From positions 1-64,000 of the forward strand of contig CAUYUJ010000123.1 in the NCBI GenBank assembly GCA_963575745.1: a stretch of DNA of 64,000 nucleotides, written 5' to 3'. The stretch is from Prorocentrum cordatum. Its lineage: Eukaryota. The notes beneath the pieces are model-generated. The model was given only the letters and a program-made list of their open reading frames with translations, did no database searches and was not told the DNA's origin. This document shows, piece after piece, positions 53,520 through 62,287 of the stretch (the first letter of the stretch is position 1; each line of letters starts with the position of its first letter). Position numbers and translations under genes: made by a program.

Positions 53520-54065
53520 GTCGAGGGCGGCGACCCCGCCCGCCCCTGGCCTCCGTGATGCGCTCCCTCTGGTCCAGCGCGAGGTGCTCCGCGTCGCGCG
53601 TGCGTCCGCGGTGTGCACCTGCCGGTCCAGCGCCTGGAGCTCTGCGTTGCCGCAAGTCTGCGGGGCTCCGCTCCTGGCCTCCCAGCTGTACGCCAGCTGG
53701 CCAAGCGCGCGGAGCTCCGCGTTGCCGCCGGCCTCCATGATGCGCTCCCTCTGGCCCAGCGCGAGGTGCTCCGCGTCGCCGTGCGTCGCCGGGTGCACCT
53801 GCTGGTCCAGCGCCAGGAGCTCTGTGTTGCCGCCGGTCTGCGGGAGCTTCAGCGCTTGGCCTCCCAGCTGTGCGCCAGCTGGCCCAGCGCGCGGAGCTCC
53901 GCGTTGCCGTCGGCCTCCATCGCCTGGCCCCCAGCGCGAGGAGCTCCATGGTGCCGTCGGCCTCCGCGATGGCCCCCAGCGCGAGGAGCTCCGCGATGCC
54001 GTCGGCTTCCGCATTTTCTCCTTCTGGCCCAGCGCGAGGCGCTCCGCGTCGCGGTCGGCCTCCTC
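53520..54065 (-). repeat. Degenerate GC-rich tandem repeat (could encode AE(H/L)LAL-type peptide repeats)
   Basis: ccagcgcgaggtgctcc / ccagcgcgaggagctcc recur about 10 times. Confidence 0.5.
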
Positions 54066-54856
54066 GATGTGCCAGTGAGCCTGCCTCGTTGCTGGTGGGC
54101 TCTTCGTCTTGTCACAGTCACCTTGGTCATGAACTGGTTGACTGCGTTGGGCTCTTCTCCTGGTACGGGTCTCAGCCGATGAAGTAGTTGTCGTGCTGGT
54201 TAAGGTCGATGGGGGTCGGCTTGTTGCTGGTAGGTGGAATAGATTGCGGGCGCACTCTGGCCTCCATGCACCGACTTCAAGCAGGGTTCATGGCGGCCCT
54301 GCCTCGTCCCGCTATGGCTAGGGGTCACGGTGCCCTCGGTGGGGGCGAACCCCAGGCCAGGTGATTCTTCTGCTGTCGATGAGGAAGGTCAACGCTGCCC
54401 TATGCTACGCCCTTGGGCGCTCGGGAGCTCCGTCTCCGCCATGGGAATGGTGGGGGTGGCGAGCTAGGGCGGACCGCGGGGGCGCGGGCAGTACTCGTCC
54501 TGCCCCCCCCCTGCCCCTCACCATCCCCCCTGGTGGGCGCGGGCAGTCCTCGTCCTGCCCCCCCGCCCTTCGAGCCCGTCTCGAAGTTTGATCCTTGCCT
54601 CACCAGGGCAACGTTGACTGGTACTTGGTGCAGTTGGGGTCATCGGGCTGGTACTTCTGAGCCCTGGCTGTACGGCGGCCGTGTCCGTCACTATGCAAAA
54701 CGTGGCGACGTGAGCCTGGGGTGTTCCCTCGCATTCGGGGCTTCCCCAGGTCTTGCGTCCTGACAACTTGTGCAAAACTTGGCGACATAGCCTGAGGTGT
54801 TCCCACGCATTCGGGGCTTCCTCAGGACTTGCGTTCTGATTCTTTTGTACATGTCG

Positions 54857-57800
54857 TCAAGGCGCTTCGTCACGATCCTCGTTGTCAGCCTGTGCCCGAA
54901 CAGCTCCTGTCGAGGTGGTGGCCCTGCCGATTGCCGTGTCGGGTCGGTCCTGCCGGGCCCACTCCCTTGCCTCTTCCAGCCAGGTCGGTGAGCCGTTCCG
55001 CCTGCTGCCTCGATAGTAGTCCTGACCCATCTCCCTGGTCTTGTAGTGGTCGAGCGGCTGGAAGAAGTGGGCCACGTCGTCGTCGATGTGCCACCCCTGG
55101 ACGTCGTTGGGCGACTCGCCAAAGCGCCACCTGATCTGCTTCACCAGTGCGGTCGCGATGGCCTGGCACATCCTGTTCGGGTACTCCTTGGCCGGCGCGG
55201 TGCGCCACTGGCCTTCATCGTTGATGCCTGCCAGCTCCGCATGGTAGGAGGCCGTGTGAAAGCACCTTCCACTTCCAGGCAGTCTCCTGATTTCTGCTCG
55301 GAGGGTTGGTAGGGATACCGCCATCAGGCTTGTGGATTTCCTCGAGCGCGCTCCACAGGTGCACTGGTCGAAGGTGATCAGCTCGACTCCCTGCTGGTTC
55401 AGGAGATGGCGCATCTCGGGAAGCTTCCAGGAGCTGGCGAAGTGCTCCTCGATGGGCTCAGACGGGTGCTCGAGCATGCCTGGGACTCCCAAATTGAGGC
55501 ACATGTACATAAGTTCCAGCTGTGTCCTGTATAGGCGGTTGCCTGTCGCTACTTGCTCCATCTCTGGGCGGGAAAGGTAGCGAAAGCCCCACAGGCTATT
55601 GCCGCCCCTTAGGGGTCTTGGTGGCCGACCCCTGCAGCCATTGGGGGGCAAGTGGCGCGCTCGGCTCCAGGTCTCGCACGGCGGTCCGCCGATGACTCCT
55701 GCAATTCTTCCTGCTTGTGCCATGTCTCGCCACTTGCTGACTGCGACCTCAGATGTCAGGTCGCCGAAGGTCGGGTCGTTGGCGATGTCCAGGCTGAGCA
55801 TGTGTATGTCGCAAGCAGCCCGACTGCTGAGGCGGTCAAACCAGTCCTGAACATCTCCGTCTCGGCGACGGCCGCTGAATAGATGCAGCACATATAACGT
55901 TCGAGCTGGTCTGGGCCTCGGTACAGCGGCTGGCGGCGGTGGCTGCTCCTCAATGAAGGGCAGCTCAAGGCTCTCGTAGTGGCCGCCGTTGCTGTCGTCG
56001 CTGTCCTCGTCCGTATGTATTTCTGGAGGGCGAGCAGGGACTGCAGGCTTCTCTGCCCAGTCGATAGGCCTGCCCGCCCTTCGGTTCGCCTGCTGCTGGT
56101 CGCGGACAATTTGCTGGTTGTGCTGCAGCTCGGCTCTACTTAGGATTGCTGGGCGCGTCTTTCTCCAATGTCGAGCGCACTTGCGCACTCTCAGCAAGTG
56201 TTTGACCAGCCTGTTTGTAGTATGATAATCCATGCCGCATCCGTAGCAGACCGAACCAGTTGCCCACGAAATAGGATGACCCGACGAGGTGTGGTCCTTG
56301 GTGATGTGTGCTCGTAGCACTGCTGCGCTGGCTTCAGTACGTCCACAGTGGTAGCATAAGTACTTGCGCTGATGCTCGAAATGCTGGTCTGGGAAGGACG
56401 AGATGGCTTCCGTGTTGGTCCACCGTTGGAGTCGAAGCCTCCATCGAGCATGGTGGCCGTGGTCGTACTGGCGAGCTTTGCCACGTTGGCAAGCTTTCTT
56501 TACTGCGCTGAGGTAGCTTTGGTAGTCGTTCCTGGCCCAGTCCTTCCAGTCCTCGAGCGTGTATGCTCCACCACGCTCGTCAGGTCCTGTGTGGTCGCGG
56601 ACCCAATCCAGGTCTCGGCGGAGCAGTGCTACCCAGCCGTAGCTACCGTCCCATGCTTGGCTAAGTAGCCGGCGGAGGTGCAGGGGTCCCCAGTTGAGGC
56701 ATCTGCCAAATAGCCGTAACCTCTCAAGTCGCAGGACTATCTCTGGGGGCAGCTTGTCGACTCCTTCGAGGATCTGGGTGTTCGTTACTTCCTTTTTCTG
56801 CCGTACTTTCCAAGTGATCCTCTGCGCCGCAGCGTAGTTGACGATGTACTGGTTGTTGAAATTCCTGGCCTGGCCTGCGGTGAGTTCGGGCCAGGTAGAC
56901 GCATTGTATAATAGCTGGGATAGCACCACGCTGTCGGCTAAATAGGCCTTGTCTTTGATTGCCAGCTCTGATCGCCTGTGGACTTCGCGATGGAGAGGCC
57001 TCGTGGATGTCGCTGCAGTGGCTACCTTCACTGCGACATCCACCCCAGGGGATGCATTGTCGGTCACGTAGGTCCCGAGGAGCTTGTGGTGACGAACCAC
57101 CTCGACGTAACTCCCTGCGAGGGGGACCTCGATCCTCGGCACTCCCTCGGAGTAGAAACTGGCCCGCGCTTGCCGGCTCCCAGGCCCACTGAAGTCAATC
57201 ATCACCTTGGTCTTGGTGAGTTGCAGCTGGAGGCCGAAGGTGCTGGCGGCGCAGTAGACGGCTTCGCAGAACTCGGTGGCCTCATGCTGAATGTGGTCGG
57301 GGCTGGTGAACACGTGCATGCCCGTTAGGTCATCGACAAACGATAGGCCATGTGGTTCTTGCTCCTGGAGTGGCCCATCTGTGGGGTCGTTGTCGCATGC
57401 GAAGCTGCTGTCAAGAGGCTTGCCCTGAGGTCGTAGTCCTCGCTGCGCCAGGTAGTTGTCAATCATGCGGTGGACTCGGCCGAATAGCAGATTGAAGTCC
57501 GCGTCGGCCAGGGGCACGCCAGGCCTCGTGCCCTTGTGCGGTGCCATAAGGTTCTGGGAAAACCTGTGTGATGTCCACCTGTTGCGATATCCTTCTGCAA
57601 TGAGGGCAGCCAGGTGGGAGCCGTCCAACACTGTGTCGAGTATCCCTGGGTTGGCCATGAGGTGCTCCAGCTGCGGCTGGGCCCACAGGGGAACCTCGAG
57701 GTTCTCTAGCACCTCCTGGACTTCGTCCTCTTCACCTGGGATACCATGTACCAGTTGGACTACAACCGAGTAGAAGGCCTCCTTTAAGTCGTAGCAGCTT

Positions 57801-60800
57801 ATCATGGAGCACTTCCCTTGGGCCTGACTTCTCTCGGTGAAGAGGCGTGCTGCAAGGACCGCCATGTCCGCCCCTCGCTTGGGCCGGCCGCCAACCTGGA
57901 TGTCCTCCAGCGCTATGGCGAGGATAGTGTTGAGCATGGTCCTTAGGTATTTGTGGTGGTGCTTGCCCAGAACGTTGTTCAAGAGGATCTCGCGGTAGGC
58001 TTGGAGGTACCTCGGGTCGCCTTTTCCTTTGGGAATTGCGACCAGGTCTCCACCCTTGAAGCTCAGCGGCTCTCGCACGGTGGTCGCCACCTTGGTGAAG
58101 AGGGGGTGCAGTAGCCTCGCTGCCTCCGTGGGGGCCGCCCTGAGGACAGCGTTCGTGAGCCCGTCGGGGCCTCCTTGCGCCCCAGCCTTGGCCGCAGCGA
58201 ACTGGGCCTGACAGACGGCCAGGGGCATCACCATGGAGAGATCCAGCATGCCGTCGAAAGGCCTGATCTTGCTGTCGTGATTGTACTTGTCAGCAAGGTC
58301 ATCCGCTGTCACGATCTTCCCCGCCTGTATCTTCGCGAAATGGTTGAGCTCCTGGTCCGCCATTTCCTGGGAGTTGTGGATCACCTCTCCATCATTGTCG
58401 AGCCGCATGGGCTTTCCTGCTGGGAATTTCGCCTTCCTCCCTCCGTACCTTAGTAGGTCTCGGTAAGCCTTCCACTGGGCCGCAGCGTCGTTCGCAGCTG
58501 AGGCGGAGGACGCTGTCGAGGCAAGCCGACTGAGGAATGCGCTTCGGTCCTTCTCGACGGCCGCGGCAACTATGGGCCCAGACCTGGTGAGGAAGGAAAG
58601 GATGGCCATGGCGTAGTCCATGGGCGAGATTGTCCAGTTCAGGAGGAGGTGCGCGTAGTGGTGGATGTCGTGGATGGTGCCGTCGTCGTCGCCACGCTCT
58701 CTGCTCCAAAGAGAGAGTGAGTCCCCTACTTCGCCTGCACAAAGAGAGTGGGCGTGGGCTACTAGTCGTCCAGGTTGGCCGTCGTGGGCTTCTCTTCTGA
58801 GTACTGCACGGTGGACTCTGAGTGTGAGGCGCCTGGCTCGGATCAGGCCCATGGTAGTCTTGGTGACGTAGGGCTTCCTCGTTGCCCTGGAGGCCTTGCC
58901 GAAGGCCTGGATGGCCGCGTCGTTAATGACCCTGGTGGCCTCCTCGCAGTGGGTGTTGACGTCCACCTCCCACGGGATGATCGGGGCCTGCTTGAGGATC
59001 TCCTTGAAGCTGGCCTTGGCGACGTCGTTGTTCAAGTTGGTCAGGTCGGGCCTCGGTCCTGAGGCCTTGGTGGTCTTGCAGACGGCCCACTTGAGGCTGG
59101 CTAGCACTGGTATGTGGTCTTGTGCAGCTGTGCCTCGGTCCAGACCTGGCTCCGTGCTGCAGCTCGCGACGTATGGGGCGATCGAGGAGTTCAGCAGGAT
59201 GTAGTCTATCCTGTGGTGCTGCCCCTTCGATCCGACGTGCGTATATGAGTTGCTGCCTGGATCCCTCGTGGTGTTGATGACCTCCATGTTAGTGTCGGCA
59301 GCGAAGCTGATGATGTGCTTGCCGTTGCCGTTGGTCACTTCTGGGTACCCACTGGTGCCAACTCCTGGGGACTCGTAGTCGCCAAGACGCCCGTTCAGGT
59401 CCCCCATGAAGATGTCCACTCGGTACTTGTCGGACAATCGCTGAGCAGACTCCCAGAATTCTCTCTTCTCCGCCGCGTGGGAGTCTTCGTGGGGTGCGTA
59501 TGCAGATGCGATAACCATATCTGTGCCTGCAACGCGGGTCTTGATGATCAAGAGCCTGTCGTGCTGGTGGAGGACGAGGGTGTCTTTGGCACTTAGGTAC
59601 TTCGCTGCCCCACTCGTGCTGATAGGTTGGGAGACGTTGAGCCAGATGTCGCACCCTCTGTTCTGCTGCATGTGGCCTGATGAGTAGCAGACGTATTCAC
59701 CTACATTGCGGACGTCTCCTTCGCTCTGGGTCTCCTGCAGGGCGACGACGTGCAGGCCCATGTCAGCAAACTGTGCTGCTAGGTGCGTGGCCTTGGAGAG
59801 GCTCTGCTTGCTTTTGCCGGCCGCCTTGCCTTTGCCCGGCTTGAAGCTCACGGTGGCCTTGAGTGACCTGCAGTTGTACGTGCACAGGTTCACGTTGAGG
59901 TCGGCCTTGATGGTGATAGTGCTGATGGGCCTCTGGATCGCTCCTGGGGCTGCCTGCGGCTGAGTGGCCTCAATGATGAAGTCTTTATGCCGCAGGGGCG
60001 GGTATGCGGCCTTGACCGCGTCTGGCGCTGATCGCAGCCATTCCCAGGAGAGGAACTTGTTGTGGGCGATCGCCTGTACAGCTGCAATGTTCGGGTCCAT
60101 CAGGTCGCTGGCCGAGGCTTGATCTGCTATCCCATCAGCGAGCTCGTTCCAAGGGTGCCCGATGTGCGAATTAATATGGTGCCACTGGGTGGGTCGGGCT
60201 TGTTGGAGGAGGCCTGCAAGTGTGCGAATGACTGCCCCCAACCTCGGATGTACGTGGCATTGGGCTTCGCCTTTGGCCAGGTTGATGACGTTGAGGGCGT
60301 CAGGCGTGATCTCGATGGGCGCGTCGGTATCTTGACCAAGGGCCCACATCAACGCCCAGAGTACTGCCGTGAGCTCCGCTGTGTATGCCGTCACCTTCTC
60401 GTTGTTGACCATGTCGTCTAGGGTTTCGGTGACTTTGCCAGCAATGAAACCCCGAAAGCCGAACGGGCCTCGCAGGTTGCTCCCGTCTTCGTACTCGTCG
60501 ACAATGACAACTGCCCAGGCGGCTGAGTGTGGGATGCCGTTGTAGCTGCCGTCCGTGTAGATGTGTGTCCGCCTGGTCGGCAGCTCTCGTGATGGGCACA
60601 TCTCCAACGCCAACCTTGCCATGCTGTGCAGGGTCGTAGTGTCGACGTCGTCGCAGACGTTGACTCGGCCTCGGCCACGAAGTGTCTCGGCTACTGGGTC
60701 CTGGCTGAGAACTGGCAGCACTGTCGCTTGGCCTCTTTCTCGTGCTGTCGTGGTGGGGATCTGCGGTCGCCTTCGGCCACGCCTGGCCCTCTCTGCATTG

Positions 60801-62287
60801 ATATACTCGGGAGAGTACTCGATGTCGTGGCCTGGCGCCGGCCCCATGCCCTGTGGAACTGGACTTGGTGTAGTGGTGATGTGTGCTGGAGGTGGCCGTG
60901 GCGTCGGAGAACGCGTTGGTGATGCTGGTGATATGGCTCCAGCCTGAGACGCACTCCGCTTCACGGGTTGTAGTGATGGCATTTGGCTCCCCTCATCGTA
61001 GTTCAAGTTGTCCGATCCAGCCCGCGCGGCCTGACTGAACAGGGGCTCGCGTGATTGGGCGTGGAGCATGCTGTCACGTAGACGATGAGGTTCGCCATCC
61101 AGGGCGTCTGGGTGACTGGTAGCACCCGTGCCGTGGTGGGAGCGCGCTGATGCCGAGGGGAGCGTTGGCTTCCAACTGCTGGACAGCGGTGAGCTGCTTG
61201 GGCCCGTCGGGACTGGGGGCACAGGTGCTGCTGGTTGAGCTGCTGAGCCCGACGGGTGTGGATCCACCGCCAGGTCGTGGTATCTGTTGTGGCTGCTGCT
61301 GTTGTCCCGACGACTGTGGCTCTCCGCAGCACGCCGTGCGCGGCGTGCACTCCGCTGGGCTGTTCGAAAGGCTGCAACTGCGCACGCTTGCCTCCAGTTC
61401 TCGTAGCACTGCTCCATGCCATCCTCTGCCTCGCTGCCAGCCGAGTTTTGACCGTCGAGAAAGGTCCTTTCCACGTTCTCGATCTCATGGACTCGAATGG
61501 CGGAGGGTTGCACACTGATTGCAAGGGCAGCCGGTAACGCATCCTTGCAGCCATCTTGGTGGCTTGTGACCTGGAGTGCTGACAGATTGGCGGATGCCTC
61601 ACTCCTCCCTGGTAGTGGGCCGCCTTGGTTGCCGCCTAGCGCCCCTCGAGACGCGGCGGGCGGCCCTCGTGTCGGCCGTGGTGGTGTCACATTGGCCCCT
61701 CGAGACCCAGGTGACTGATACCGCTGCTGATGCTGGCTGCTGCGATTGGGAGTGGCCACCCCACTGCCGATGCCCGTTGCGGTATCACATCTGTTTGGAG
61801 TCGTGGCCCCTCGAGACCCTGGACTCCTGGGAGTACCTGATCTGGTGCGCGAGATTGTCGGAATCTCCGCTGGTCCATTCGTTACAAGACGGCTGTCGCA
61901 ATTACCTCCAGGGCCCGCCGTGCTGTCAAGCCTCTGGTGGTGGGTAGGTCGAGCATCGTAGTGGAGGACCCCACTGCCGTGCTGCGGGCTTTGGGACCCA
62001 GCTGCTCTCCCCGATGCTGCCCAGGAGATCGATGCTGTCGAACTGATCGGAGAGCGTGACGAAGTCCCACATCCGTCGTGCTCTGCCCTGTTGGACTCAT
62101 CGGCCGCCTCCTGGCGTTGAATTCTGTCATGCATAACCTGAAGCCTGGCGGCGCTGCTAGGCCCCCTCCCCCCCTCGGGGGGATTCGGCGGGCGCTGCTG
62201 CTGCCTGCACCTCGGCTCCAGGAGTTGCAGGAGGGGAGGGGGTTGCTGTGCCCCTTGTCTCGTCCCTCCTGCGGGCCACTCGGCCAC
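54857..62287 (-). CDS. LINE ORF2 polyprotein: RNase H, APE endonuclease, reverse transcriptase, 2 Zn fingers, C5 DNA methyltransferase (first in-frame ATG at 62134)
   Basis: RNase H at about 60115-60575 (IYTDGS, TAEL.A, PDA, SHIGHPWNELAD). APE at about 59095-59895 (TYNCRSL, LQET, SAYAPH, GDLNG, RIDYI, DHIPV). RT at about 57060-58180 (GPDG, IPKGKG, YREILL, YDLKEAFYSV, GTRPG, FVDDL, KLLG). Zn fingers at about 56180-56365 (CYHC..H...H, CYGC..H). DNMT at about 55145-55897 (LHLFSG, LDI, GDL, GGPPCETWS, LEHP, RKST, KEYP). Confidence 0.93.
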   Translation of the reverse strand: MAEWPAGGTRQGAQQPPPLLQLLEPRCRQQQRPPNPPEGGRGPSSAARLQVMHDRIQRQEAADESNRAEHDGCGTSSRSPISSTASISWAASGRAAGSQSPQHGSGVLHYDARPTHHQRLDSTAGPGGNCDSRLVTNGPAEIPTISRTRSGTPRSPGSRGATTPNRCDTATGIGSGVATPNRSSQHQQRYQSPGSRGANVTPPRPTRGPPAASRGALGGNQGGPLPGRSEASANLSALQVTSHQDGCKDALPAALAISVQPSAIRVHEIENVERTFLDGQNSAGSEAEDGMEQCYENWRQACAVAAFRTAQRSARRARRAAESHSRRDNSSSHNRYHDLAVDPHPSGSAAQPAAPVPPVPTGPSSSPLSSSWKPTLPSASARSHHGTGATSHPDALDGEPHRLRDSMLHAQSREPLFSQAARAGSDNLNYDEGSQMPSLQPVKRSASQAGAISPASPTRSPTPRPPPAHITTTPSPVPQGMGPAPGHDIEYSPEYINAERARRGRRRPQIPTTTARERGQATVLPVLSQDPVAETLRGRGRVNVCDDVDTTTLHSMARLALEMCPSRELPTRRTHIYTDGSYNGIPHSAAWAVVIVDEYEDGSNLRGPFGFRGFIAGKVTETLDDMVNNEKVTAYTAELTAVLWALMWALGQDTDAPIEITPDALNVINLAKGEAQCHVHPRLGAVIRTLAGLLQQARPTQWHHINSHIGHPWNELADGIADQASASDLMDPNIAAVQAIAHNKFLSWEWLRSAPDAVKAAYPPLRHKDFIIEATQPQAAPGAIQRPISTITIKADLNVNLCTYNCRSLKATVSFKPGKGKAAGKSKQSLSKATHLAAQFADMGLHVVALQETQSEGDVRNVGEYVCYSSGHMQQNRGCDIWLNVSQPISTSGAAKYLSAKDTLVLHQHDRLLIIKTRVAGTDMVIASAYAPHEDSHAAEKREFWESAQRLSDKYRVDIFMGDLNGRLGDYESPGVGTSGYPEVTNGNGKHIISFAADTNMEVINTTRDPGSNSYTHVGSKGQHHRIDYILLNSSIAPYVASCSTEPGLDRGTAAQDHIPVLASLKWAVCKTTKASGPRPDLTNLNNDVAKASFKEILKQAPIIPWEVDVNTHCEEATRVINDAAIQAFGKASRATRKPYVTKTTMGLIRARRLTLRVHRAVLRREAHDGQPGRLVAHAHSLCAGEVGDSLSLWSRERGDDDGTIHDIHHYAHLLLNWTISPMDYAMAILSFLTRSGPIVAAAVEKDRSAFLSRLASTASSASAANDAAAQWKAYRDLLRYGGRKAKFPAGKPMRLDNDGEVIHNSQEMADQELNHFAKIQAGKIVTADDLADKYNHDSKIRPFDGMLDLSMVMPLAVCQAQFAAAKAGAQGGPDGLTNAVLRAAPTEAARLLHPLFTKVATTVREPLSFKGGDLVAIPKGKGDPRYLQAYREILLNNVLGKHHHKYLRTMLNTILAIALEDIQVGGRPKRGADMAVLAARLFTERSQAQGKCSMISCYDLKEAFYSVVVQLVHGIPGEEDEVQEVLENLEVPLWAQPQLEHLMANPGILDTVLDGSHLAALIAEGYRNRWTSHRFSQNLMAPHKGTRPGVPLADADFNLLFGRVHRMIDNYLAQRGLRPQGKPLDSSFACDNDPTDGPLQEQEPHGLSFVDDLTGMHVFTSPDHIQHEATEFCEAVYCAASTFGLQLQLTKTKVMIDFSGPGSRQARASFYSEGVPRIEVPLAGSYVEVVRHHKLLGTYVTDNASPGVDVAVKVATAATSTRPLHREVHRRSELAIKDKAYLADSVVLSQLLYNASTWPELTAGQARNFNNQYIVNYAAAQRITWKVRQKKEVTNTQILEGVDKLPPEIVLRLERLRLFGRCLNWGPLHLRRLLSQAWDGSYGWVALLRRDLDWVRDHTGPDERGGAYTLEDWKDWARNDYQSYLSAVKKACQRGKARQYDHGHHARWRLRLQRWTNTEAISSFPDQHFEHQRKYLCYHCGRTEASAAVLRAHITKDHTSSGHPISWATGSVCYGCGMDYHTTNRLVKHLLRVRKCARHWRKTRPAILSRAELQHNQQIVRDQQQANRRAGRPIDWAEKPAVPARPPEIHTDEDSDDSNGGHYESLELPFIEEQPPPPAAVPRPRPARTLYVLHLFSGRRRDGDVQDWFDRLSSRAACDIHMLSLDIANDPTFGDLTSEVAVSKWRDMAQAGRIAGVIGGPPCETWSRARHLPPNGCRGRPPRPLRGGNSLWGFRYLSRPEMEQVATGNRLYRTQLELMYMCLNLGVPGMLEHPSEPIEEHFASSWKLPEMRHLLNQQGVELITFDQCTCGARSRKSTSLMAVSLPTLRAEIRRLPGSGRCFHTASYHAELAGINDEGQWRTAPAKEYPNRMCQAIATALVKQIRWRFGESPNDVQGWHIDDDVAHFFQPLDHYKTREMGQDYYRGSRRNGSPTWLEEAREWARQDRPDTAIGRATTSTGAVRAQADNEDRDEAP

